Below are positions 27,408 through 37,229 of a stretch of DNA of 64,000 nt, one piece after another. The stretch comes from a virus, in IMG/VR virus record IMGVR_UViG_3300032285_000892, positions 1 through 64,000 of that record; one strand, written 5' to 3'. The first letter of the stretch is position 1. Every line of letters starts with the position of its first letter. The notes beneath the pieces are model-generated. The model ran no database searches and was not told the origin of the DNA. It worked only from the letters and a program-made list of their open reading frames with translations. Made by a program: the position numbers and the translations under genes.

Positions 27408-28643
27408 ATGGCCGAGAATAATTTAGAAACCCCATTTGGAGGAAACTTCAGCATTCAAGATACAATGGAAATGGGCATGGGCAATGCAGAACTATTAAAT
27501 GATTTAATGAGTCCTGATACAGCTTCTGCTAGTCCTGATGATATCAAAGATTTATCTGCTGAAGATACACCTGCACCAGCTGCTCCTGTGAAAGCAAAAG
27601 CTACAAAAGCTGATGATGCTCCAGAAGAAGAAAAAGAACCAGCAAAAGATATCACTAACTTCTTATATGGAGATGATGATGAGGAAGAAGAGGAAGGTGG
27701 TGAAGAAACTGCTCCAAAAGCAAAAGCTCCAGCTGCTTCAGAAGAGAATGAAGAAGAACCAGAAGTTAGTCGTTTTACAGCATTAGCTACAGATCTTTTA
27801 AAACTTGGAGTGTTTACAAATGATGAAGATAGTGAAGAAGAACCAATCACTACACCAGAACAATTCCTAGAACGTTTCCAAGAAGAGAAAAAGAAAGGAG
27901 CTATTGAAGTTGTACAAAACTTCATTGGACAATTTGGAGAAGACTATCAACAAGCATTTGATGCTATCTTTGTTAAGGGTGTTGATCCTAAAGATTATTT
28001 CGGTACATATAATGCCATTCAGTCATTCTCTGATTTAGATTTATCAGAAGAGGCAAATCAAGTGGCAATATTAAAACAAGCTTTAACAGATCAAGGTTAC
28101 GATCCTGAAGATATTACAACAGAAGTAGAAAGATTAAAAAACTATGGTGATTTAGAAAGCGTAGCTGCTAAACATCATAAAGTGCTGATTAAAAAAGAAG
28201 CTGCAAAGCTTCAACAATTAGAAGAAGTGAGGAGTAAACAATTACAACAACAAGCTGCTTATAAGCAACAGTATATACAGAATGTAAGTACTATTTTGCA
28301 AGATAAGATTAAGGCTAAAGAGTTTGATGGTATTCCTCTCAATTCAAAGTTGGCAACCGAACTACAAGATTTTTTAATAACAGATAGATACAAGACTGGG
28401 TCTGGCGAAATGCTTACTGAGTTTGATAAAACTATTCTGGAACTTAAACGTCCCGAGAATCATGAAATGAAAGTCAAGGTTGCTCTACTTCTAAAGATAT
28501 TAGAAAAAGATCCTACACTTTCAACGATTCAAAAGACAGGTGTCACCAAAAAGTCAAATGAATTATTTGGTGAAGTTGCGAGACAAGCAAGCAAAAGTTC
28601 GATTAAATCTTCTAAGTCAACTCCAACTTCTTGGTTTTCGTAA
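27408..28643 (+). CDS. acidic scaffold-like / capsid assembly protein
   Basis: Very acidic low-complexity N-terminal half and coiled-coil C-terminal half; sits between portal and MCP. Confidence 0.6.
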   Translation: MAENNLETPFGGNFSIQDTMEMGMGNAELLNDLMSPDTASASPDDIKDLSAEDTPAPAAPVKAKATKADDAPEEEKEPAKDITNFLYGDDDEEEEEGGEETAPKAKAPAASEENEEEPEVSRFTALATDLLKLGVFTNDEDSEEEPITTPEQFLERFQEEKKKGAIEVVQNFIGQFGEDYQQAFDAIFVKGVDPKDYFGTYNAIQSFSDLDLSEEANQVAILKQALTDQGYDPEDITTEVERLKNYGDLESVAAKHHKVLIKKEAAKLQQLEEVRSKQLQQQAAYKQQYIQNVSTILQDKIKAKEFDGIPLNSKLATELQDFLITDRYKTGSGEMLTEFDKTILELKRPENHEMKVKVALLLKILEKDPTLSTIQKTGVTKKSNELFGEVARQASKSSIKSSKSTPTSWFS

Positions 28644-28674
28644 TTATTAACTATTAAATTAAACATAAAAAACA

Positions 28675-30228
28675 ATGGCAATTCAAACAATCCCAGGTTT
28701 AACTGGCTTTACTTATGCTCGTGTGGCCTCGATGGACAAACGTGCTGTTGGTAAGTTGACAGACTCTAACCACTTGGAAAGCTTTCACTCGACTGAGCCA
28801 GCAGACTATGATAAGAAAATTATCAGTTTGTACACTCAGAGCTCATTGTACAGTAATGACTTCTTGGACATGATCAACAAGTCAACTCCGTACTACATTG
28901 ACAACAACAGTGATGCTTGGAAGTGGCAAGTACAAGTCCCTTACAAATTCCCTAAAATTATTGACATTCCTGATTCAACTTTGATGTTGAGCAAGCCAGG
29001 TATCGATGGTCAAGAATTCCAATTAGTGATTGACACTAATGAGTTCTCTAAGAATGCTATCGTTTCTGTAGGTACTCGTCAGTACGGTCCTCGTTTCTAT
29101 GTCATCAAGGATCCAATGCCTTGGAACATGGGATATTTGTACACATTTACTTTGGTTTCTGACAACCCTCAAGTTGATTTTGTATCTCCTGTATTCTTAC
29201 AGACTGGTATTGAATTAGAATTGGTTGATGCAGCTATCGGTGAGTTTGATCAAGACTTATTAGGATTGCCACGTTTAGGTGAGCAAATCACTATGTTTGA
29301 ATCATTAGGTTCTGCATATGGATATGAGCACAAAATCACTGAATGGGCTGATGATAAGATGATGGTTGATGCTTCTGGTAAAGCTTTAGATATCTTAGTA
29401 TATGCTCCACAACGTCGTAACCAATTACCTTTAACTCGTAATGATGTTAAGTGGGAGCCGTTTATCGAGTTCTGGATGCGTAAGTCTATGTTAGAATTGA
29501 AAGTTAAGCGTATGATCTGGTCTAAGCCAGGTACTGTTAAGACTAATGGTTCTAAGCAAGAGTTAAAACGTACGTCTGCTGGTGTTTACCATCGTATGCG
29601 TAACAACGGTAACTTAGTTCAATACAACCGTGGAGAATTCACTGCTAACTTGATTCGTTCGGTATTTGGTGATTTGTTCTATCGTCGTGTGGATGTTAAG
29701 GATCGTCGTGTTAAAATGTACACTAACGAAGCTGGTTTTGACGTATTCCAACAAGCTTTGAAAAACGATGCATTGAATTCAGGTTTGACTTTCATGGCTG
29801 ATTCAGGTAATCGTTATATGCAAGGAGAAGGACAACACATCACTTACAACTTTGCATTCGATGCAATGGTTACTCGTGAGACTGGTCGTGTTGAGTTAAT
29901 TCACTTAAAAGAATTAGACCTTCCTCAAACTAATTTAGAATTTGGACAAAACAAGAAATCAACTCCAGTATTTATGGTGTTTGACGTTTCTCCAATGTCT
30001 GATGGTTCTATGATTAACAACATCCGTGAGGTACGTATGAAGGGTGCTCCTTCTATGACTTGGGGTTATATCGATGGTACTCGTCACCACTTAGGCTTTG
30101 CTAAGTCTCAAGGTATGAGTTCTGCGAACAAATTCCCAGGATACGAAATCTGGATGAAAGACCGTTGTGATGTATTTATCGAAGATTTGTCTCGTACAGT
30201 CTTGATCGAAGAAATCCCTCAGTTCTAG
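28675..30228 (+). CDS. major capsid protein (crAss-type)
   Basis: 517 aa; strongly biased codons (CGT, GGT, TTC, AAC) indicate very high expression; position after the scaffold-like gene. Confidence 0.88.
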   Translation: MAIQTIPGLTGFTYARVASMDKRAVGKLTDSNHLESFHSTEPADYDKKIISLYTQSSLYSNDFLDMINKSTPYYIDNNSDAWKWQVQVPYKFPKIIDIPDSTLMLSKPGIDGQEFQLVIDTNEFSKNAIVSVGTRQYGPRFYVIKDPMPWNMGYLYTFTLVSDNPQVDFVSPVFLQTGIELELVDAAIGEFDQDLLGLPRLGEQITMFESLGSAYGYEHKITEWADDKMMVDASGKALDILVYAPQRRNQLPLTRNDVKWEPFIEFWMRKSMLELKVKRMIWSKPGTVKTNGSKQELKRTSAGVYHRMRNNGNLVQYNRGEFTANLIRSVFGDLFYRRVDVKDRRVKMYTNEAGFDVFQQALKNDALNSGLTFMADSGNRYMQGEGQHITYNFAFDAMVTRETGRVELIHLKELDLPQTNLEFGQNKKSTPVFMVFDVSPMSDGSMINNIREVRMKGAPSMTWGYIDGTRHHLGFAKSQGMSSANKFPGYEIWMKDRCDVFIEDLSRTVLIEEIPQF

Positions 30229-30369
30229 GACAGTATGTCCTTTGCTCATCAACCGATGGGCACAAGAAGACCTCCCTACCCCTCCCTCCTTGTAGGGAGG
30301 CTCTTCTTGATACAGAGTGCTTGGACTGGGGTGTCCCCGATCGCTATCTCTTCGATGAGAAGCACTCTG
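30227..30369 (+). ncRNA. structured cis-acting RNA element between MCP and the next gene
   Basis: Four consecutive stems, including a 17-bp interrupted stem and a 10-bp stem closing a three-way junction. Confidence 0.55.
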
Positions 30370-30397
30370 CCAAAAACCAAATTAAATTAAACTACAT

Positions 30398-31366
30398 ATG
30401 GGTAAGCAAGGTAAAATCTCTACTATTAAAAAAGAGTATAACAACTCTCAGTTACAAACTATGCAAGGTGGTCTTGCATCACAAGGTATGACACGTATTC
30501 CTGGAACAGGAGTGTTTAAATATCCTTATAAGGAACTTGATGGTCAGTATCGTACAGGATTAAATCCTAGTGCTGCATATATTCAACGTATATCTGATCC
30601 TACAGAAAAAGAACTTGAGATCGAACGTGTAACTAAATTACATGATAGATTAAAAGCTGCATTAGGTGATGTTGATTTGAGTCCTCGTTCTAAGTTTTGG
30701 AACTATGGTTTATCTCAAGGTAATGATGACTTCATGCACGTGCAAGCAGTTAAATTAACGGACGGTGATAACTATTTTGATTTCACTAATCCAATGCAAG
30801 AGTTAGCGTTTGCATGGTTGAGAGTTCATCCAACTATCGCTAGTTCATATCAAGCATGGGAACGTGGTGAATATCCTGCAGACATTCAGTTCTATGTTGT
30901 AGATGATGAGATTGAAAATGCTGTATTGTATAAGAAGAAACAAGTTATCAATAAAGCTATCATCAAGTTTGACTCAATGAGTCCTGAGAAGAAAAAGAAA
31001 GTAGCTCGGATGTTAGGCTTACCTGTATCAGATGAAACTAAAGAGGAAGTTGTTTATAACTTAGTGGATAATGTTTTAAAACAAACAGAATTCAAAGATG
31101 GTAAATACCAAGGATTGTCTCCAATTGAAGTATTCAATAGATTTGCAGACATGAAAGACAACTTACTCCATATTAAAGACTTGGTGAAACAAGCTATCGG
31201 TCACTCGATATATCGTGTAAAACCTAATGGTAAGGTGTATATGGGTGAATTAGAAGTTGCAATTGATGAGGAAGAATTGGTTAAATATTTAGCTGACGAA
31301 GATCACCAAGACGACTTATTACTTATAGAGCAGAAATTAAAAGGTAAAAAATTAGCATCAGTATGA
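30398..31366 (+). CDS. conserved morphogenesis protein downstream of MCP
   Basis: 322 aa; position in the crAss-like structural block. Confidence 0.6.
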   Translation: MGKQGKISTIKKEYNNSQLQTMQGGLASQGMTRIPGTGVFKYPYKELDGQYRTGLNPSAAYIQRISDPTEKELEIERVTKLHDRLKAALGDVDLSPRSKFWNYGLSQGNDDFMHVQAVKLTDGDNYFDFTNPMQELAFAWLRVHPTIASSYQAWERGEYPADIQFYVVDDEIENAVLYKKKQVINKAIIKFDSMSPEKKKKVARMLGLPVSDETKEEVVYNLVDNVLKQTEFKDGKYQGLSPIEVFNRFADMKDNLLHIKDLVKQAIGHSIYRVKPNGKVYMGELEVAIDEEELVKYLADEDHQDDLLLIEQKLKGKKLASV

Positions 31367-32094
31367 TCCCAGTAGACAGTTTATTATATAAGATCGACCA
31401 AAGACTAAATAAGCTGTCTACCAATGAACATCAACAGATTGCATTAGAAGACAAGATCTTAGCTTTGAATGAGGCCCAGATCAAGTTGATTAAACAAAAA
31501 GTAGATGGTTTTAGTACAGTTTCTGGTATGGGCTTAGATGCCTTTAAGAAACGATACGAAGACTTACAAAGTCTAGTGGTAAATTACATTGATGGTGAGT
31601 TACCACTAACTTTGAAAAACACTGAGTTAAATCAGTGGACTGCTTATATCCATAATCTAGTACCAAAGTATATGTTCTATGTAGATAGTTATGTACTAGC
31701 AGATAAAGGTCGTTGTACTGATAGAAAGATTTGGATTAATAAAGATCTTGCTAAACATGGTGATTTGTCTTTGTTACTGAACAATGTTCACTACAGACCA
31801 TCATTTGAGTATCAAGAAACATTTAATTTTATCTCATCAGATGAGATAAGTATATTTACAGATGGTACTTTCACTCCAAGTAATATATACGTCTCATACC
31901 TACGATATCCTGTATACATTAATAAAACAGGATATATAATGTTAGATGGCGAACCTTCTTATGATGAAGATTGCGAACTAGAAACTTATTTAGAAGATGA
32001 GCTTTTAGATTTAACAGTACAAAACTTAGCAATGTACACCGAGAATCAGTCTGCTGTACAAAGTTCAGTATATAGAATTCAAACAAACGAGTAA
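31363..32094 (+). CDS. probable head-tail ring/adaptor protein
   Basis: 243 aa; YVSYLRYP...CELETYLEDELLDLTVQNL resembles crAss ring-protein C-termini. Confidence 0.55.
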   Translation: MIPVDSLLYKIDQRLNKLSTNEHQQIALEDKILALNEAQIKLIKQKVDGFSTVSGMGLDAFKKRYEDLQSLVVNYIDGELPLTLKNTELNQWTAYIHNLVPKYMFYVDSYVLADKGRCTDRKIWINKDLAKHGDLSLLLNNVHYRPSFEYQETFNFISSDEISIFTDGTFTPSNIYVSYLRYPVYINKTGYIMLDGEPSYDEDCELETYLEDELLDLTVQNLAMYTENQSAVQSSVYRIQTNE

Positions 32095-32120
32095 ATTTTT
32101 AACAATAAATAAATATACAA

Positions 32121-33263
32121 ATGGCTGATTTTTCATTGACCACCCTGTTTGTAGTTCCTGTAGGTAATACATTACCTAGTTCTGGTTCTACACAAAACCT
32201 TACCGCAGGACGGTTTGGTATTTTTACAAATACTTATGCTGCTGATAACGTTGGTACTGCCATCGCTGCTGCTCCATATTTCTATTTGGCTCAAGGACGT
32301 ACTAATACGTACTTACAAGGATCTAAGCGTTCTGACAAGATTTCTGCTGCTAACGTATCTGCATGGTACAAAGTTGTAGGATCTCCAGTAGCTGCTAACC
32401 AAGTAACTGATGTAACTAACTTTACTGTTACTCCAGGTACTGATGTAACTATCACGTTACGTGCATTCTCTTCTTATTTAAGCACATTGTACTTCAATGG
32501 TTTCACTCGTTCAGTGACTGTTAAAGGTGAGTGTTTAGCTTGTGGTGGAGATCCATGTGCTGATGTTAATGTTCCTGCATTGATCGATGCATTTATTTTG
32601 AAGTTTGAAGAGCATGCTCCAGGTGATAACCCTGATAACATCTACTTCACTCAGTTTTACCAATTCCAACGTATTGGTAATGATCAAAATGCTATCTTAC
32701 GTATCTCTGGTAAGCCATTAACTAAATATGGTCAACCTTGCGACGTGGCTGCATTCCCTTGGGAGTATGACCGTATGTGGTTCCGTACTTTCGTTTATGC
32801 TGGTCCTGCTACAACTGCTGATTTTATCGTTGCAGATTCTTGTAACATGGTTGCTGATGCTTATGTAACTCAGCGTTCTTCTTATATCTCTGGTACTTCT
32901 GGTGAAATTGCTCAATTAGAGAAAAATTACTATAGCTACCAAGCTGGTTATTTGAAGCACTTATATCGTATGGTTGGATACAATGAGAACTTTGAGTCTT
33001 GGGTATCTGATGGAACTACTTATGACACTTACTATATTCGTTTTAACGAGTATGACAAGTCTGCATACAAGTGGGGTGATTTCATCATCGAAGATTCAAT
33101 GGTAATCATTGCTGCTCCTCAGTCGTTAGCTGCTGACATCGAAGATGTATTAGCTACTGCATTAGGATTGCCTGTTGATGAGACTGGTGATATTGTGTCA
33201 ACTACTAGTACAACTACTACTATTTGGCCTTCAACTAGTACAACAACTACTTTGATTCCTTAA
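32121..33263 (+). CDS. abundant virion protein, probable auxiliary capsid protein
   Basis: 380 aa with MCP-like codon bias; C-terminal Thr/Ser tail; followed by a terminator. Confidence 0.6.
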   Translation: MADFSLTTLFVVPVGNTLPSSGSTQNLTAGRFGIFTNTYAADNVGTAIAAAPYFYLAQGRTNTYLQGSKRSDKISAANVSAWYKVVGSPVAANQVTDVTNFTVTPGTDVTITLRAFSSYLSTLYFNGFTRSVTVKGECLACGGDPCADVNVPALIDAFILKFEEHAPGDNPDNIYFTQFYQFQRIGNDQNAILRISGKPLTKYGQPCDVAAFPWEYDRMWFRTFVYAGPATTADFIVADSCNMVADAYVTQRSSYISGTSGEIAQLEKNYYSYQAGYLKHLYRMVGYNENFESWVSDGTTYDTYYIRFNEYDKSAYKWGDFIIEDSMVIIAAPQSLAADIEDVLATALGLPVDETGDIVSTTSTTTTIWPSTSTTTTLIP

Positions 33264-33287
33264 TAAAAGAAGTAATCATATAACCTA

Positions 33288-33325
33288 TGCCAGAGGGTAA
33301 GAGGATAATCTCTGTCCTCTGGCAT
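33288..33325 (+). terminator. intrinsic terminator-like hairpin
   Basis: ATGCCAGAGG...CCTCTGGCAT 10-bp perfect stem followed by TATTATTT. Confidence 0.7.
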
Positions 33326-33339
33326 TATTATTTAACGCT

Positions 33340-33909
33340 ATGCCAACATTAAAATTAGAATTCTTAGTAATTCCTACATACAACACTTTAACGTTAGGTG
33401 TTGCAGATGCTTCTACATATCCTACAAATCCTCCTAATGTAACAGCTCCGACAATTGAATTCACTATTCCAAAAGTATTAGCACCTGTATCTTTACCATT
33501 TGTTCCTAATGATTTTAATATCTTTAATTCATTATCATTAGGGTTAACTGATGTAGATCATGATTTAGCTCCTCTTCCTGACGGTGTGTGGATAATTAAA
33601 TACTCAGTAGCTCCAGCATTTGATAACAATGTAACGCATACAATCATGCGTACAGATGTAATTCAAGAAAAGTTTGATAATGCATTTATGAAACTTGATA
33701 TGATGGAATGTGATATGGCTATCAAGACACAATCTAAAGTACAATTGAATAGCATATACTACTTAATTCAAGGATCAATTGCTGCTGCTAATAACTCAGC
33801 AGTAGTTACTGCTAATAAGTTATACGCACAGGCAGATAGATTATTAAATAACTTTATTAGAAACAACTGTGGATGTACTGGTAACAACTACATCGTAAAC
33901 TTTACATAG
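33340..33909 (+). CDS. virion structural protein (probable tail adaptor)
   Basis: 189 aa; PDGVWIIKYSV motif; location in the structural module. Confidence 0.55.
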   Translation: MPTLKLEFLVIPTYNTLTLGVADASTYPTNPPNVTAPTIEFTIPKVLAPVSLPFVPNDFNIFNSLSLGLTDVDHDLAPLPDGVWIIKYSVAPAFDNNVTHTIMRTDVIQEKFDNAFMKLDMMECDMAIKTQSKVQLNSIYYLIQGSIAAANNSAVVTANKLYAQADRLLNNFIRNNCGCTGNNYIVNFT

Positions 33910-33910
33910 T

Positions 33911-34045
33911 ATGGCTAATTGCAAAAGATGTCAAGTAAAAGTTGGCTGTGGATGCCAATTGGTTAATGGTTATTGTTCAGCATGTAATTACGCTGTTCAA
34001 GAAGAAATAAAACAACAACAAGATGCTAACGCCCAGGCTAACTAA
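33911..34045 (+). CDS. 44 aa Cys-rich micro-protein
   Basis: MANCKRCQVKVGCGCQLVNGYCSACNY...; fills the gap exactly and is below the ORF-track cutoff. Confidence 0.6.
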   Translation: MANCKRCQVKVGCGCQLVNGYCSACNYAVQEEIKQQQDANAQAN

Positions 34046-34289
34046 TTATATCGCCAATTCTACAATTCCTGTACTGCTAGCTGATATAGATGAGCGAATA
34101 GCAGAACTTGCTGGTTTAGAATACAACAATATTGTATATGCTGTAAACAATTACATCAATACAGTAGCACTACAAGATTTGTTAAACTATAAACGAATCT
34201 TGTTATTTAAGAATTGTAATGCTGATTACTGTAAATGTTTTACAGTGGAGATGATTGCAAGTAGAGTTAAAATATTGATTCATAGATAA
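34023..34289 (+). CDS. small structural-module protein
   Basis: 88 aa ORF. Confidence 0.55.
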   Translation: MLTPRLTNYIANSTIPVLLADIDERIAELAGLEYNNIVYAVNNYINTVALQDLLNYKRILLFKNCNADYCKCFTVEMIASRVKILIHR

Positions 34290-34301
34290 AATTATTAATA
34301 G

Positions 34302-37229
34302 ATGGCTTGTGTACCAGGAATGCCTTGTTATGATCAGAATGCTTTTCCATTAAAGAATGCTAGTTCTGATTGTGATAGCTGTTGTCCAGTTGAATCCACA
34401 CGTGTTATATACGATGGACCAAATCTTCCAGTATCAGGTATAAATACAGAAGATTGCTTAACTCTTGCTTTAGAAAAGTTAGATGAAGCCATCTATAGAT
34501 ATAATGGATCCACTTCAGGTACAGCAGGTACATCTGGATCAAATGGCACTAGTGGATCAAATGGATTAGCTGGAACTAGTGGAACTAATGGTAGATCAGG
34601 AACTAGTGGAATTAATGGTGCTGCAGGAACTTCAGGTTCAAGTGGGTCATCTGGTAGAGAGGGTTCTAATGGCACATCAGGATCATCAGGATCATCAGGA
34701 TCTACTGGACGTAATGGTTCTAACGGAACATCAGCAACAGCAGGCACATCTGCAACAAGCGGTACAGCAAGTACTGCTGGTACTAGTGGGACTAATGGAA
34801 CATCAGGTATTGATGGAACTTCTGGAACTTCTGGAACCAGTGGAACTAGTGGAACCTCAGGTACAAACGGAACATCTGGTACTAATGGTACATCAGGTAC
34901 TACTGGTACAACAGGAACATCAGGTACAACTGGTACTAATGGTACCTCAGGTACTACTGGTACTAATGGGACCTCAGGTACTAATGGTACAACAGGCACT
35001 TCAGGAACAACTGGAACATCTGGAACTAATGGCACTTCAGGTGTTAATGGTACATTTGGAACTAGTGGTACTAATGGTACCTCAGCTACAAGTGGAACTT
35101 CTGGTACATCAGCTACAAGTGGTACTAATGGCACAAGTGCATCAAGCGGTACCAATGGTACAAGTGGCACTAATGGTACGTCAGGAACTAATGGTGATAA
35201 ATTTTTAACATCATCAACAACTACAAAAACTATTGCTACAGGTCCATGGACTTTATCAGTAGATCCAGGTTTAGCATATATACCAGGACAAGGTGTATTA
35301 ATATCATACGATTCTGCTAATAGCATGACTGGTGTTGTTGTTAACTATATATCAGGAACAGGGTCATTAAGTGTTGATATTACTACAACACTTGGTAGTG
35401 GTTCACATAGTCTTTGGCTTGTTAATTTATCAGGTGTAGCTGGAGGTGCAGGTACAAGTGGTACTAATGGAACCTCAGGTGCTAATGGTACTTTTGGTAC
35501 TTCTGGTACATCTGGTACACATGGAACATCAGGTACAAATGGAACATCAGGTACAACAGGTACTAATGGTACATCTGGTACATCTGGTACAAATGGTACA
35601 TCAGGCACTAACGGAACATCTGGCACTAACGGAACATCTGGTACTAATGGCACATCAGGTACTACTGGTACAAATGGAACATCAGGTACTACTGGTACAA
35701 ACGGAACATCTGGTACAAATGGTACTTCTGGTACAAATGGTACTTCTGGAACGACAGGAACATCTGGCACTAATGGTACAACAGGAACAACAGGTACTTC
35801 TGGTACTAATGGTACATCTGGTACCAATGGTACAACAGGAACATCAGGTACAACAGGTACCTCAGGTACAAATGGAACATCTGGTATTACTGGTACAGCT
35901 GGTACTACAGGAACTAGTGGAGCAAGAGGAGCAAGTAACTGGACTCCTAATTTAACAAACGTTACACAATCACTTACAGATTCTCAAACATATACAAAGA
36001 CTGGCGGTAGTAATACTGCTTTTGATGCCCAAGTATATTCATCACAAGGATATGTAACAGGAGCATTTGTCACAGCTAGATTCTCTACAATTACTGTTGA
36101 CACAATGTTTGGATTAAACTCTGATCCAGCAACAGATCCTAATTTTACTTCTATTGATTATGCAATTTATGCTTCAGCTGGATATATTTATACTTCTGAG
36201 GGTGGTACAGTAAGTGCAGCATATGGTCAATATTTTGCAACAGATGTATTTACAATAACTTATGATGGATATAATATAAGATATTATCAAAATAGTACGT
36301 TACTAAGAAAAGTCGTTAGACCACTTGGTAATGCATTATATCTTGATTCATCATTTGCTAACATAGGAGATGCTATTAACTCTGTAGGATTTGGTCCTAT
36401 GGGTGGAGCTGGTACAAATGGTACTTCAGGAACAAACGGTACACATGGAACATCTGGTACAAATGGTACACACGGTACATCGGGAACTAATGGTACAAGT
36501 AGTATAATAGATGCTATTCCACCGTTATCAATAAGTGGAGGAGGAACAATATCTATTCCTGCAGCTAATTCAGTTACTAATGGTTATTTGACTTCTACCT
36601 ACTTTAATATATTTAATGGTAAACAAGATCCATTAAGTATTAATAACTTATCAGTATCTCCAACAGGCGTATTAAATTTAACAGGAGGTACTGGAGCAGT
36701 GATAGGATCTGGTACAGCTATTTCACTTAGTCAAGCAACTAGTTCACAATCAGGATATTTAAGTTCTACTGACTGGAATACATTCAATAATAAACAAGGA
36801 GCATTAACTAATCCTGTAACAGGAACTGGTACCACTGGTACAATTGTTAAGTTTACAGGAAGTTCTACAGTAGGTAATAGTATAATTACTGAATCTGGGG
36901 CTGCAATTAATGTTGCTGGAACTCTTACTGCTACAGGTAACATCACATCACCTGGATTCTATCAAAGTTCTTCTAGAGAACTTAAAGATAACATTAATGT
37001 ATTTGATAGAAGTGCTGTAGATATTATTAACGAAACCACTATTGTAGAGTTTATTTATAAGAATGATCCAGACAAAAGAATTCACTATGGTTTCATTGCT
37101 GAAGATACTCCTGTAGAACTATCTACAGAAGATCAAAAAAGTATGGATACTAACTCCGTAGTAGGTATATTAATTAAAGCCATTCAAGAATTAGACGCTA
37201 GGGTAAAAGCATTAGAGAATGAAGACTGA
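34302..37229 (+). CDS. collagen-like (Gly-Thr-Ser/Asn) tail or head fibre with C-terminal peptidase S74 chaperone
   Basis: Long Gly-X-Y runs; [15 protein letters not shown]-type fibre repeats twice; C-terminal SSRELKDNI...YGFIAED...[15 protein letters not shown]. Confidence 0.85.
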   Translation: MACVPGMPCYDQNAFPLKNASSDCDSCCPVESTRVIYDGPNLPVSGINTEDCLTLALEKLDEAIYRYNGSTSGTAGTSGSNGTSGSNGLAGTSGTNGRSGTSGINGAAGTSGSSGSSGREGSNGTSGSSGSSGSTGRNGSNGTSATAGTSATSGTASTAGTSGTNGTSGIDGTSGTSGTSGTSGTSGTNGTSGTNGTSGTTGTTGTSGTTGTNGTSGTTGTNGTSGTNGTTGTSGTTGTSGTNGTSGVNGTFGTSGTNGTSATSGTSGTSATSGTNGTSASSGTNGTSGTNGTSGTNGDKFLTSSTTTKTIATGPWTLSVDPGLAYIPGQGVLISYDSANSMTGVVVNYISGTGSLSVDITTTLGSGSHSLWLVNLSGVAGGAGTSGTNGTSGANGTFGTSGTSGTHGTSGTNGTSGTTGTNGTSGTSGTNGTSGTNGTSGTNGTSGTNGTSGTTGTNGTSGTTGTNGTSGTNGTSGTNGTSGTTGTSGTNGTTGTTGTSGTNGTSGTNGTTGTSGTTGTSGTNGTSGITGTAGTTGTSGARGASNWTPNLTNVTQSLTDSQTYTKTGGSNTAFDAQVYSSQGYVTGAFVTARFSTITVDTMFGLNSDPATDPNFTSIDYAIYASAGYIYTSEGGTVSAAYGQYFATDVFTITYDGYNIRYYQNSTLLRKVVRPLGNALYLDSSFANIGDAINSVGFGPMGGAGTNGTSGTNGTHGTSGTNGTHGTSGTNGTSSIIDAIPPLSISGGGTISIPAANSVTNGYLTSTYFNIFNGKQDPLSINNLSVSPTGVLNLTGGTGAVIGSGTAISLSQATSSQSGYLSSTDWNTFNNKQGALTNPVTGTGTTGTIVKFTGSSTVGNSIITESGAAINVAGTLTATGNITSPGFYQSSSRELKDNINVFDRSAVDIINETTIVEFIYKNDPDKRIHYGFIAEDTPVELSTEDQKSMDTNSVVGILIKAIQELDARVKALENED

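Noticed and set aside
30310-30370. Resemblance of GGACTGG...CCCGAT...GATGAGA to the SAM-I riboswitch
   Set aside because: No AUC/GAU P1 helix of the SAM-I type and no room for P3/P4; not supported as SAM-I
34493-36946. Long alternative-frame ORFs (34493-35326, 34579-35208, 35345-35827, 35446-35955, 36731-36946) with VP/VL repeats
   Set aside because: They are shadows of the Gly-Thr-Ser repeat; GGN-ACN-TCN lacks stop codons in other frames
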